Below are positions 10,104 to 18,235 of a stretch of 64,000 nt of DNA, piece by piece. Source of the DNA: Candidatus Woesearchaeota archaeon (GTDB taxonomy: Archaea > Nanobdellota > Nanobdellia > Woesearchaeales > GW2011-AR4); the NCBI GenBank assembly GCA_016185945.1, contig JACPMR010000015.1, positions 7,256-71,255 on the forward strand. Direction: 5' to 3'. A program made the position numbers and the translations under genes. Position 1 is the stretch's first letter. Each line of letters begins with the position of its first letter. The notes below the pieces were generated by a model. The model made no database searches. It was not told where the DNA came from and saw only the letters and a list, made by a program, of their open reading frames with translations.

Positions 10104-10433
10104 ATGAAAAAAATAAAATTCATTGCCATAGAGCAGCTTTTGGAGATGATTGAGAACAAGGAAAACTTTAAGCTGGTGGAAGTCTTAAAAGAAGAAGGCT
10201 ATAAGGAAGGGCATATTCCTGGAGCTATTAACATCCCAGTTGACAACCTGAAAGAGATGGCTCCAAAGCAGCTTGAGAAAACAGACGCGATTGTTGTTTA
10301 CTGCGCAAGCTACCAGTGCCATGCAAGCACAAATGCTGCAAGGATTCTTCTTGACATGGGCTACAATAAAGTGCTTGACTTCAAGGCAAGCAAAAAGGGC
10401 TGGGTTGACGCGGGGTTTGAGCTGGAGAAATAA
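10104..10433 (+). CDS. Rhodanese-like domain protein
   Basis: GHIPGAINIP, IVVYCAS; start moved to ATG 10104. Confidence 0.9.
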   Translation: MKKIKFIAIEQLLEMIENKENFKLVEVLKEEGYKEGHIPGAINIPVDNLKEMAPKQLEKTDAIVVYCASYQCHASTNAARILLDMGYNKVLDFKASKKGWVDAGFELEK

Positions 10434-10439
10434 GTTAGA

Positions 10440-10543
10440 TGCCCCTGCGGGGACTTTCATAAGAAAAGATTTTTCTTTTCTTACATTGAACCCCGACCTC
10501 AAGGTCCGCAACCTCACGTTCTGGTCCGTTATACTACAGGGGC
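10440..10543 (-). tRNA. tRNA-Arg(GCG) with a 31-nt BHB intron at position 59/60 (intron 10454-10484)
   Basis: Acceptor GCCCCTG/CAGGGGC, anticodon loop TTGCGGA, T-stem CGGGG/CCCCG; BHB TTCA-AT^G...TGAA-AG^T; 73 nt after splicing. Confidence 0.85.
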
Positions 10544-10626
10544 AATAAGAAAGTTGAGAAAAGCGATTTATAAAGTTTCTTAATAACAGAATTCAATTTA
10601 TAAAATAAATCAAAATTTAAAAAATT

Positions 10627-10771
10627 CAAACAAACTGGCTCCCTAGGAAATTTTATAAGTAGCATAGGGAACCCGCTGTGATTCATGCCTTTAAAGTAGA
10701 TATTCAGAGACAAATTTCCGCTTTTGAACAAATTGTCCATATAGAAAATAATTTTTACTACTAATATATAG
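10627..10771. repeat. Degenerate family-1 element (left arm clear, core and right arm eroded)
   Basis: GGCTCCCTA...TAGGGAACCCGC resembles the family arm; imperfect stem at the expected core position. Confidence 0.4.
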
Positions 10772-10818
10772 TGACAAACCGAAAGATTTATAAAGGGTGG
10801 AAAATATAGATTTTCCAT

Positions 10819-11475
10819 ATGGACGGAGATAAATTAGAACCAAGAGTAAGACAACTTGAAGAATTGATAAGGACTGTAGAAGGGGTTAGTGAACAAAAAA
10901 AACAAGAAATGTTGGAATTAGTTCACCAAGTATCACTGCACGACCCACTTACAGAACTTCCTAATAGAACTCTGTTTGCTAGAAGATTTAACGAAGAGGC
11001 ACATAGAGCTGCAAGACATGGGCAGCCTTTAGCAGTTTTAGCACTTGATTTAGACTATTTAAAAAGATATAATGATATGTATGGACATCTACAAGGAGAT
11101 AGGGCGTTAATACACGTTGCATATTTGTTGACTCGACAGAGAAGACCTGAAGACATAGTAGCAAGAATTGGCGGAGAAGAATTTGATGTAGTGCTTCCTG
11201 AAACTGACGAAAGAGGTGCTGTCACAGTTGCTGAAGATATTTTAAGAAGATTTAGATCACATCCAATTAACGATTATGTTGGGCTTCCAGAAAGAGCAGA
11301 AGCAACATATTTCAAAAAAAGAACATTCCGCGATCTTACTATGAGCATTGGCGTAGCTACCTGCACGCCAAAAACTAATTCAGATGCTCTCCTATTACCA
11401 GCCGATGCTGATAAAGCGTTATACTCAGCAAAAGAAGCTGGAAGAGATAGGTATGTTGTTTATCGAAGTAGATAG
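10819..11475 (+). CDS. Diguanylate cyclase (GGEEF) with a short N-terminal coiled coil
   Basis: HDPLTELPNR, DLDYLKRYNDMYGHLQGD, RPED I-site, RIGGEEF, SIGVA, ADKALYSAKEAGRDR. Confidence 0.93.
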   Translation: MDGDKLEPRVRQLEELIRTVEGVSEQKKQEMLELVHQVSLHDPLTELPNRTLFARRFNEEAHRAARHGQPLAVLALDLDYLKRYNDMYGHLQGDRALIHVAYLLTRQRRPEDIVARIGGEEFDVVLPETDERGAVTVAEDILRRFRSHPINDYVGLPERAEATYFKKRTFRDLTMSIGVATCTPKTNSDALLLPADADKALYSAKEAGRDRYVVYRSR

Positions 11476-11480
11476 TTCTC

Positions 11481-13037
11481 TCATTCCCCCCAATCCCTCA
11501 AGCTAATCTGCCCTTTTCTTTTGTTTTCAGGCACTTCTAATTGCTCCTGTCCAAGTTGTTTTTTGACGCTTAAGGCAACTTTCTCTCCCAGTAATTGAGA
11601 TAACGTTGCTAAGTCTGTGTTTTTGACATCCTTTATGTCCCTTATTCTGTTCCTGAACAAGATTCTTGCTCTTACCCTTCCTATGTTTTCCAATCTTATC
11701 AAAGGCAGCAATTCTTCTTTTATTCCATACTTCAATCTTAACCTTAACTTGATAATTTCCTTTATCAGTGATTGGTAATGCAATATCTTGCATATTTCCT
11801 CTGTTGCATAAAGAAGCCAGTCTGCAATGTCAAGCTTTGTTCTTAGTTCGCCTGGCCTTATGTTAAATTCCTCCAATAAGAATTCCTCATCCTGTTCACT
11901 AATCCACTGGTAAAACATCATGGCCGTCTTTACGGAGTTTAAAAACTCTTCATATTCCGGCTCGTACATTGACGGCTCGTTCTCAAGCAGGAAATCCGAG
12001 AATTCAAGCAAGGATTCCTGTATTCTGTCATATTCCCTAATGCCGACCCTGAGCAACGGCCTTATTTCAAGGGTATGGGAGAGCATCTGCAGGAAAGAAA
12101 AATCATTGATTTTTTTGTCAGACGCATTTCTCAGGCAGGTTATTATGAAATTTGCTGTCAACGGATCGATGTAAAGCTCGGCAACCCTCTTGCCGATTAA
12201 AGTAGCTTTGAATTTTTCATCTTCAAGCTCGTTTGCACTCGCAAAATCATCTGCAGACGACATTATTAACTCCCATTCCTCGAGCAAATCAATAACTTTG
12301 TTAAGTGTAGAATGCAATTTCCTTAAGTCCTTGAACTGATAAGCATAGAAAGTTTTGTCAAAAAAATCAAAAAGCTGCTTTTTTGTTGTTGTAAAGTTTG
12401 CTGCTATAAGAGATAAAACATAAGTTCTAAGCACTGGCTCGACTGCAAGCTTTGAGTAAATCTCTTCAGGAGTCCCGTCAATGTATTTTTCCTCTATCTT
12501 TTCCTTTTCCGAGTTTGTTGCTGCAATTGCAATTGCTTGCCCTTCTTTGTCATAGTTTGGACGTCCTGCTCTTCCTGACATCTGCATATAATCCAAAACA
12601 GGAATCCAAGTCAAGCCATGCAATGTGTATCTTCTCAAGTCTTTTAAAATAGATCTGTACGCCGGTAAATCTACACCGTACGCAAGAGTTGGCGTGGAAC
12701 ATATTATTTTTATTACTCCACTCCTGAAATTTTCCTCTATCAATCTTCTTTGCTTTTCTACCAAGCCAGCGTGATGGAATGCAATGCCCTTTTTCAGGCA
12801 TAAAGCAAGTCGTTCGCATTGCTTTGTAGGGCGGGAAAGGGTGTTCAAAGCACCCTCTGAAAGCAAGCTTAATTTTTCATCATCAGTTTTTATTTTCTTT
12901 GAAATTTCCTCTGCTGTCTTTTCTGCTGATTTTTTCGTGTTTGCAAAAACCAGTGCCTGCTTTCCAAGCTTTATAGTGTCTAAAGCGATATTTAGAACAG
13001 CACTATCAAATTCATCATCAATTTTGATTGATGCCAT
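11481..13037 (-). CDS. hel308: Hel308/Ski2-like helicase, C-terminal part only (RecA2, WH, ratchet, HhH); no Walker A or DExH domain
   Basis: IAFHHAGL, STPTLAYGVDLPA, QMSGRAGRP, LKYGIKEELLPL, IGRVRAR; begins directly at RecA2. Confidence 0.85.
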   Translation of the reverse strand: MASIKIDDEFDSAVLNIALDTIKLGKQALVFANTKKSAEKTAEEISKKIKTDDEKLSLLSEGALNTLSRPTKQCERLALCLKKGIAFHHAGLVEKQRRLIEENFRSGVIKIICSTPTLAYGVDLPAYRSILKDLRRYTLHGLTWIPVLDYMQMSGRAGRPNYDKEGQAIAIAATNSEKEKIEEKYIDGTPEEIYSKLAVEPVLRTYVLSLIAANFTTTKKQLFDFFDKTFYAYQFKDLRKLHSTLNKVIDLLEEWELIMSSADDFASANELEDEKFKATLIGKRVAELYIDPLTANFIITCLRNASDKKINDFSFLQMLSHTLEIRPLLRVGIREYDRIQESLLEFSDFLLENEPSMYEPEYEEFLNSVKTAMMFYQWISEQDEEFLLEEFNIRPGELRTKLDIADWLLYATEEICKILHYQSLIKEIIKLRLRLKYGIKEELLPLIRLENIGRVRARILFRNRIRDIKDVKNTDLATLSQLLGEKVALSVKKQLGQEQLEVPENKRKGQISLRDWGE

Positions 13038-13119
13038 AAGGTAAAAGAAGAAATGATTGTTTATAAAGATTGTTGAATTAAATTTAAAATTCATTGACAA
13101 AAATAATAAAATAAATTAA

Positions 13120-13339
13120 CAATCAGCGACCCATGCACTTCCATGAAGTAAAATGGGTGCCCCGCATACTTCTTCCTGCACTATATTGCAGGCGATAAAG
13201 TGCAACTGCGTGGCATGTGAGCGAGTTCGCTGTTGCGTGCGAGAACGCTCGCACGCTCGCGTTCAGGTCGAGCTCACTCGCATGTCACTGGCTGTGGTTC
13301 CCTCATCGCAAAGGCGGCTACAGGGAAGCCCCGTGATTG
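13120..13339. repeat. Family-1 element with a 79-bp nested hairpin insertion (13210-13288)
   Basis: CAATCAGCGACCCAT...ATGGGTGCCCCGCATACT, core 13178-13203, arm GGTTCCCT-N18-AGGGAAGCC, terminus CGTGATTG. Confidence 0.9.
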
Positions 13340-13406
13340 AAATAAATAATTTAATCATTGTTTTTAGGAAGCCTCTTTGATTGAATTATAAATTTATTAA
13401 TGCTTT

Positions 13407-15296
13407 TTACACCACATTCACATTCATTATCTGCTCAACTTTTTCAATTCCGTCGCTTACTGTAACTTTAATAACTTTTGTGCCTTTGCTTGTGAATGTT
13501 CTTTGATGGCTGGAAGTTGCCTTATACTTTTCCAAAAGCCCAAAGTTCCATGTGTAAGTCAGTTCATCTCCATCGTCGTCAACTGCTTTCACAAATAAAA
13601 GAACAGGCTGATTTGCTCTTGCTATTACGCTTTTTGTCGAATCAATTATTTTAGGCGCCCTGTTTTTATCCGTTACCTCAACTTTTGCAATTTGCCTTGT
13701 CTCTGCCTTGCCATCGCTTGCAACAAAAATCAAGTCAAGCTTCTTTGTTTCCTTTTTATTTGCTATATCAAAACTTGGTGTCCACAAGAATGCATTTCCT
13801 TTAATTGAATAGTCCTCTGGAGCATTATCAATCCTGAATGTCATTTCATCCCCGTCTGGGTCGTGGGCATTTAGAAGTATTGCAATATTGTCGCCTTCCA
13901 TTGCTTTTACACTCTCAATCTTGCCGAACAATGGCGCCCTGTTTGTTTGCTGTATGTTAATCTGCACAAACTTTGATGTTTCAAGCAAGCCGTCGCTTGC
14001 AGTTACTTTTACATAATAAATTCCTGCATCATCATAGCCTGAATTGAAAGTGTCAGAATCCATAAAGCCGGAGTATCTTAAAGTTATCTTATTTTCATCC
14101 AAGTCATATGCTTTTGGCACAATTTTTAATGTTTCGCCCTCATTTATTGCTATGGGCTCCATGTCTTCAATTAGGGGGGCTCTATTTACATCCTTGACTG
14201 TGATTATTATATTTTGAATAATTTTCTTGTCTTTTGAAGATGCAATAAACTGAACATAGAAGCTCTTGCTCAAAACCCTGAACTTGTCCATAACTTTATC
14301 TACGAAGCCCTCTTTCCTTACTGTGTCAAAATTTGTTTTCCATGCGAATACATTGCCTTCAAGCATTGCGCCTTCTGGCAGATTGTTTGCAGAATAAGTT
14401 ATTTCATCTCCGTCAGGCTCATTTGCACTTAGTGTTATTTTTACTTCCTCATTCTCATTTATTACTTTGTTCTCAACTTTCTCAAAAAAAGGCGCTCTGT
14501 CAACATCATTTACGATCACCTTAACAATTTTGTCGCCGCTGAAGCCTTTGCCTTCTGCATGAACTTTGAATTCATAAGCGCCTGCATCCTGATAAGCAGT
14601 CTTCCACTCATTCTTGCTTAGCGGCTCTGAAATGGAGTAAGCCAAGCCGTATTTTTCAAAATTGGGTAGCTTTAACTTAACAACCTCATTTTCATTAACA
14701 GCAACATCGCTTATGCCATTTAACAAACCTTCAACATCAACATTCTGTGCATTAACTTGCCATTCCTTGCTTGCTGAACTTATTACATCAGAAACAGAAG
14801 CGGTTATTCTATGAGAGCCAGCGTCGTTATAGGTTGTGTCATAAGTGAATTCCTGCCCATCCGCGACTTTTTTGTCGTCCAAAAACCACTCGTAGCTTAA
14901 AGCATCTTTGTTTAAATCACTTGCTGAAACTTTAAATTCAATAGAATCGGTTTCCTTAATGCTTAAAGTATCCTGCCTTGGGCTGAACGAATCTATCTTT
15001 GGGCTTTCTTCTTTCTTGTTGACAACAATCAGCACTTCCTGCGATGTCTCTGTAACGCCGTCAGAAACAGTTATTGTGGTTTTATGCTCGCCTGCATCTC
15101 CGTAACCAGTTTGCCATTCGCCGTTTTCATTGAGAGGAGGAGCGTAAGTTATCGTAAGCTTGTCCGCATCAGGGTCTGCTGCATTCGGCACTAGGCTTAT
15201 CTTTTCAGTTTCCTGGATTACAAAAGTAGTGGCTGAATACACAAGATGGGGGAATATTAAAAAGATGATTAGCAATAATACAATCCTTTTATTCAT
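13407..15296 (-). CDS. Secreted protein with tandem Ig/cadherin/PKD-like repeats
   Basis: Signal peptide; repeats DPD.D.LTY, W.T.Y.DAG.Y.VTVSDG, V.DVNRAP. Confidence 0.85.
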   Translation of the reverse strand: MNKRIVLLLIIFLIFPHLVYSATTFVIQETEKISLVPNAADPDADKLTITYAPPLNENGEWQTGYGDAGEHKTTITVSDGVTETSQEVLIVVNKKEESPKIDSFSPRQDTLSIKETDSIEFKVSASDLNKDALSYEWFLDDKKVADGQEFTYDTTYNDAGSHRITASVSDVISSASKEWQVNAQNVDVEGLLNGISDVAVNENEVVKLKLPNFEKYGLAYSISEPLSKNEWKTAYQDAGAYEFKVHAEGKGFSGDKIVKVIVNDVDRAPFFEKVENKVINENEEVKITLSANEPDGDEITYSANNLPEGAMLEGNVFAWKTNFDTVRKEGFVDKVMDKFRVLSKSFYVQFIASSKDKKIIQNIIITVKDVNRAPLIEDMEPIAINEGETLKIVPKAYDLDENKITLRYSGFMDSDTFNSGYDDAGIYYVKVTASDGLLETSKFVQINIQQTNRAPLFGKIESVKAMEGDNIAILLNAHDPDGDEMTFRIDNAPEDYSIKGNAFLWTPSFDIANKKETKKLDLIFVASDGKAETRQIAKVEVTDKNRAPKIIDSTKSVIARANQPVLLFVKAVDDDGDELTYTWNFGLLEKYKATSSHQRTFTSKGTKVIKVTVSDGIEKVEQIMNVNVV

Positions 15297-15328
15297 TTAT
15301 TCCCCCCCTCGAAATGAAAAGAAAAAAT

Positions 15329-16363
15329 TTATTTTTTCTGCACTATGTCTGTTATAACAGGCGGCCTGTTGACATTCTCAACAGTTATTGCCAATTTCTG
15401 CTCTGTTGTGTCCTGCCCGTCAGATGCCGTTATAGTAACTTCATAAGTGCCTGCACTTGCATAATCTGTCTGCCATGTGAACGCATTGTCTTCCTGCGCA
15501 AACCTGTTGTCGCTGATTGAGTATGCTATTGAATCCCTATCATCATCTGTTGCCAATGCTGTTATGACAATCTTGTCTGTCTCTTTTGCGGATATGTCTT
15601 CTAATTTCTCCAAAACCGGCTGCCTGTTCACATTTTTGATATCCACCGACCATATCTTGCTTGTGCTTGACAAGCCATCAGACACTTCCACCTTGATTGT
15701 ATGTGTGCCTGCATCCTCGTAAGTTGATTGGTAGGTATATTTGTCTTCATTGCCTACGTCAGTGCCGTCAAACTTCCAGGCATATGACAAAGAATCTTTA
15801 TTTAAATCGCTTGCTGTGACGGTAAATTCAATTGCTTGGGTTTCATCAATTGCCAAGCCGCTTTCGATTGGCTTTGCGCTGTCGATTGTTGGCGCCTCTT
15901 CTTTTTTGTTTACAATTATCAAAACATCTCTTGCAGTTGTTGATTCCCCATCTGATACCGTAACTGTGACTGTGTATTCGTCTGCATCTCCATAGTTTGT
16001 TTGCCATTCGCCGTTTTCGCTTAATGGCGATGTAAATGTGAAAACAAGGCTTGTGTCTCTGTCAGGGTCTTCTGCTCTTGGTGATAAGCTTACCAAATCA
16101 GTTTCCTGAACAACCACAACAACTGGCTTTTCCCCTGTTGGTTTTTCCATTATTTCTTCTTTAACCTCGACTTTGGGCTCTTCTTCCTTGGTTGCTTCGC
16201 CAGTCACTTCGGGCTTTTCTTTTGTAACATTTTCCATACTTACATTTTCAGCTGGCTTTGTAGCATTAGGAGCACCATACAAAGTTTGATATACTTCACA
16301 ACTGCTTAACAAGAATACAGAAACAATTAGCAATGCCACCAATTTTTTATTAAAGTCCATCAT
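15329..16363 (-). CDS. Lipoprotein with tandem Ig/cadherin-like repeats, paralogous to the downstream gene
   Basis: Lipobox LLSSC; shared repeat PLSENGEWQTNYGDA, VNKKEEAP.IDS. Confidence 0.85.
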   Translation of the reverse strand: MMDFNKKLVALLIVSVFLLSSCEVYQTLYGAPNATKPAENVSMENVTKEKPEVTGEATKEEEPKVEVKEEIMEKPTGEKPVVVVVQETDLVSLSPRAEDPDRDTSLVFTFTSPLSENGEWQTNYGDADEYTVTVTVSDGESTTARDVLIIVNKKEEAPTIDSAKPIESGLAIDETQAIEFTVTASDLNKDSLSYAWKFDGTDVGNEDKYTYQSTYEDAGTHTIKVEVSDGLSSTSKIWSVDIKNVNRQPVLEKLEDISAKETDKIVITALATDDDRDSIAYSISDNRFAQEDNAFTWQTDYASAGTYEVTITASDGQDTTEQKLAITVENVNRPPVITDIVQKK

Positions 16364-16519
16364 GCACCCTCCTTTATTCTGAAAATAAGTGTTGCTATTC
16401 TAAAATAATAACTTGTATTTAAACTTTGTGGTAGTTAAAAGATTTTTAAATAACCTATAAAAATAACATTCAATAAATTGCAAAGGATTCATTCTAAATA
16501 AATTTGTATTGAAAAGAAA

Positions 16520-16594
16520 TGGGCTCGGCGGGACTTGAACCTGCGACCTCTGCCTTATCAGAGCAGCGCTCTAACCAAGCTGAGCTACGAGCCC
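16520..16594 (-). tRNA. tRNA-Ile(GAT), intron-less
   Basis: GGGCTCG acceptor, CTGCT-CTGATAA-GGCAG anticodon arm, TTCAAGT T-loop; TTTATAAA about 25 nt upstream. Confidence 0.95.
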
Positions 16595-16649
16595 AACAAA
16601 TAATGGAATAATATTTAATTTATAAAGTTTATTAGAAGGAAAAATATAG

Positions 16650-16800
16650 CGCCCTTGACCAGACTTGAACTGGTGACCTTCCATTCCTTTACTAGGATTT
16701 ACGGTGTCTAACCCTGTAGGATAACAGCTTCGTAGTTTCTACCAGAACTCGTACGCTCCACCTATTGCTCCATGCCTTTGCATGTCTGAGCTACAAGGGC
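16650..16800 (-). tRNA. tRNA-Asn(GTT) with four BHB introns (15/16: 16765-16785; 30/31: 16729-16749; 37/38: 16706-16721; 44/45: 16679-16698)
   Basis: Removing the four segments gives the 73-nt cloverleaf GCCCTTG TA GCTC AGTAGGTG GAGC G TACGG CTGTTAA CCGTA AGGTC ACCAG TTCAAGT CTGGT CAAGGGC G. Confidence 0.88.
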
Positions 16801-17570
16801 GTCAAAAATTTTTTAAGTTCTGGTAGATTAGAAACAATTGAACCTTCAAATTCTTTATAAAACTTTCTAGTTAATGATGGGATAAAAAATACAACTTTAT
16901 AACCAAGTTTATTATAGTCTTTGAGTTTCTTCTTTATATGACTAATTCTATCTTTATTGGGATGCTTCCATTCTGTTACTTCAATAATTTTATCATCAAT
17001 TTTAAAGTCAGGAAAATAAACTTTTCCATCTACATTAATATAAGGCTCATACTCAAAACCTATGCTTTCTTGAATTAAAAAATTCCCTATTTTCTGTTCT
17101 AATAAATTTCTTACAGGAATTTCATTATCTAGGCAATATAGATAGCCCCTACCAACTTTCTTGAATCTTTCGTACTGCCAAATATGATATTGTTTTGGAA
17201 GATTTTTTTTCATATATTTATGCCATTTCTTCATTCGCTTGGAACTTATTTTTCTTAGTCTCTCAATCTCGTACTGTAATGTTCCTTCTCGTATCTTCTT
17301 AAGCACGCAGTTTTTTCCACCTTTGATTTGACCCCAATTTTTAGGGAGGTGTTCTAAAATTTCATTTTTGTATTTGGACAAATCTTCATCAATAAATTTC
17401 AGTATTTTTTCTAGTCTATCCGTTCTTACGCATGTCAATTCGAATTTATACTTATAAACCGAACCTTTTGACAGGGTCAATATTTTGCACAATTTCCTTT
17501 CAGAACCAGCTTTGGTTATTGCTCTGCAAATTATTTCTTTTTGCACTCCTTTTTTAAATTTTAAAACCAT
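16791..17570 (-). CDS. HTH + PD-(D/E)xK nuclease, putative free-standing homing endonuclease; stop codon lies inside the tRNA-Asn 5' end
   Basis: N-terminal HTH-like region and NWGQIKGG; C-terminal RNLLEQKI..FL....FEYEP.......YFPDFKI...IIEV. Confidence 0.65.
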   Translation of the reverse strand: MVLKFKKGVQKEIICRAITKAGSERKLCKILTLSKGSVYKYKFELTCVRTDRLEKILKFIDEDLSKYKNEILEHLPKNWGQIKGGKNCVLKKIREGTLQYEIERLRKISSKRMKKWHKYMKKNLPKQYHIWQYERFKKVGRGYLYCLDNEIPVRNLLEQKIGNFLIQESIGFEYEPYINVDGKVYFPDFKIDDKIIEVTEWKHPNKDRISHIKKKLKDYNKLGYKVVFFIPSLTRKFYKEFEGSIVSNLPELKKFLTPL

Positions 17571-17602
17571 AACATTGGTGGTGTTAACTTATATTTAAGC
17601 AT

Positions 17603-17619
17603 TACTAAGCTATAGGGGC
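17603..17619 (-). pseudogene. Orphan 5' fragment of an intron-less tRNA (GCCCCTATAGCTTAGTA) with a TATA box 25 nt upstream
   Basis: 14/17 identical to the spliced tRNA-Asn 5' end; TATTTAAA at 17652-17645. Confidence 0.6.
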
Positions 17620-17691
17620 ATGAAGTTTTGAGATAAAAGAATCGTTTAAATAGGTTTCGTTAAAGTAAAATTGTGATTTCTCAGAAACAAA

Positions 17692-17766
17692 TTCAACCCG
17701 TTGCCTTCGGCAACAATATTTACTGCTCGGTGTCGCTTGTCTGCCATTCAGCGACACCTCGCCTGT
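17692..17766 (-). repeat. Family-2 hairpin element (AGGCGAGG-stem-CCGAGCAGTAAA..GCCGAAGGC..GGGTTGAA)
   Basis: Aligns with 44335-44426, 58411-58465 and 60555-60684. Confidence 0.75.
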
Positions 17767-18183
17767 TTATGCATTAACGGCAACAACCTTAACCTTGAAT
17801 GTCAGTTCCTTTCCTGCCAATGGATGGTTCAAGTCAATTGTAACAACATCTTCTTTCACTTCTTTCACAACAGCAGGCATCCTTTCTCCATTCGGCCCCT
17901 TAAGGAGTAATGTCCCGCCTGCCTGAACTTCTGGAGGGAATTTATCCCTTGGGATTTTTGCTATCAATCTGCTGTCTATATCTCCATAAGCGTCTTTTGG
18001 ACTTATCTTGAATGTTTTTTCTTGATTGAGATTCATTTCCTTTATTTGATTTTCAAAGCCTGGAATTACTTCTCCATTGCCTATAGTTAATTCCAATGGC
18101 TGTTTGCCTTCGCTTGAATCAAATACAGTACCATCATTCAAAGTGCCTGTGTAATGGACTTTTATTTTGTCTCCTTGGTTCAT
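17767..18183 (-). CDS. slyD: FKBP-type peptidyl-prolyl isomerase (SlyD-like)
   Basis: VHYTGTLNDGTVFDSS, IPGFE, DLNHPLAGKELTF. Confidence 0.95.
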   Translation of the reverse strand: MNQGDKIKVHYTGTLNDGTVFDSSEGKQPLELTIGNGEVIPGFENQIKEMNLNQEKTFKISPKDAYGDIDSRLIAKIPRDKFPPEVQAGGTLLLKGPNGERMPAVVKEVKEDVVTIDLNHPLAGKELTFKVKVVAVNA

Positions 18184-18235
18184 TGGAATACCTAAAAAAC
18201 GGGAAAAATAAAGATGGTATTTAAAGGTATTGTGA

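Noticed and set aside
10534..10818. 94-aa minus-strand ORF
   Set aside because: Overlaps the tRNA 5' end, promoters and a degenerate repeat; no recognisable motif
13153..13380. 75-aa ORF
   Set aside because: Lies across the GC-rich repeat element; starts at the conserved ATGGGTGCCCC arm and has no coding features
16786..17619. Reading the nuclease ORF as a giant intron inside one tRNA that starts at 17619
   Set aside because: GCCCCTA mispairs twice with the 3' acceptor CAAGGGC, whereas the proximal GCCCTTG pairs perfectly; treated as a remnant instead
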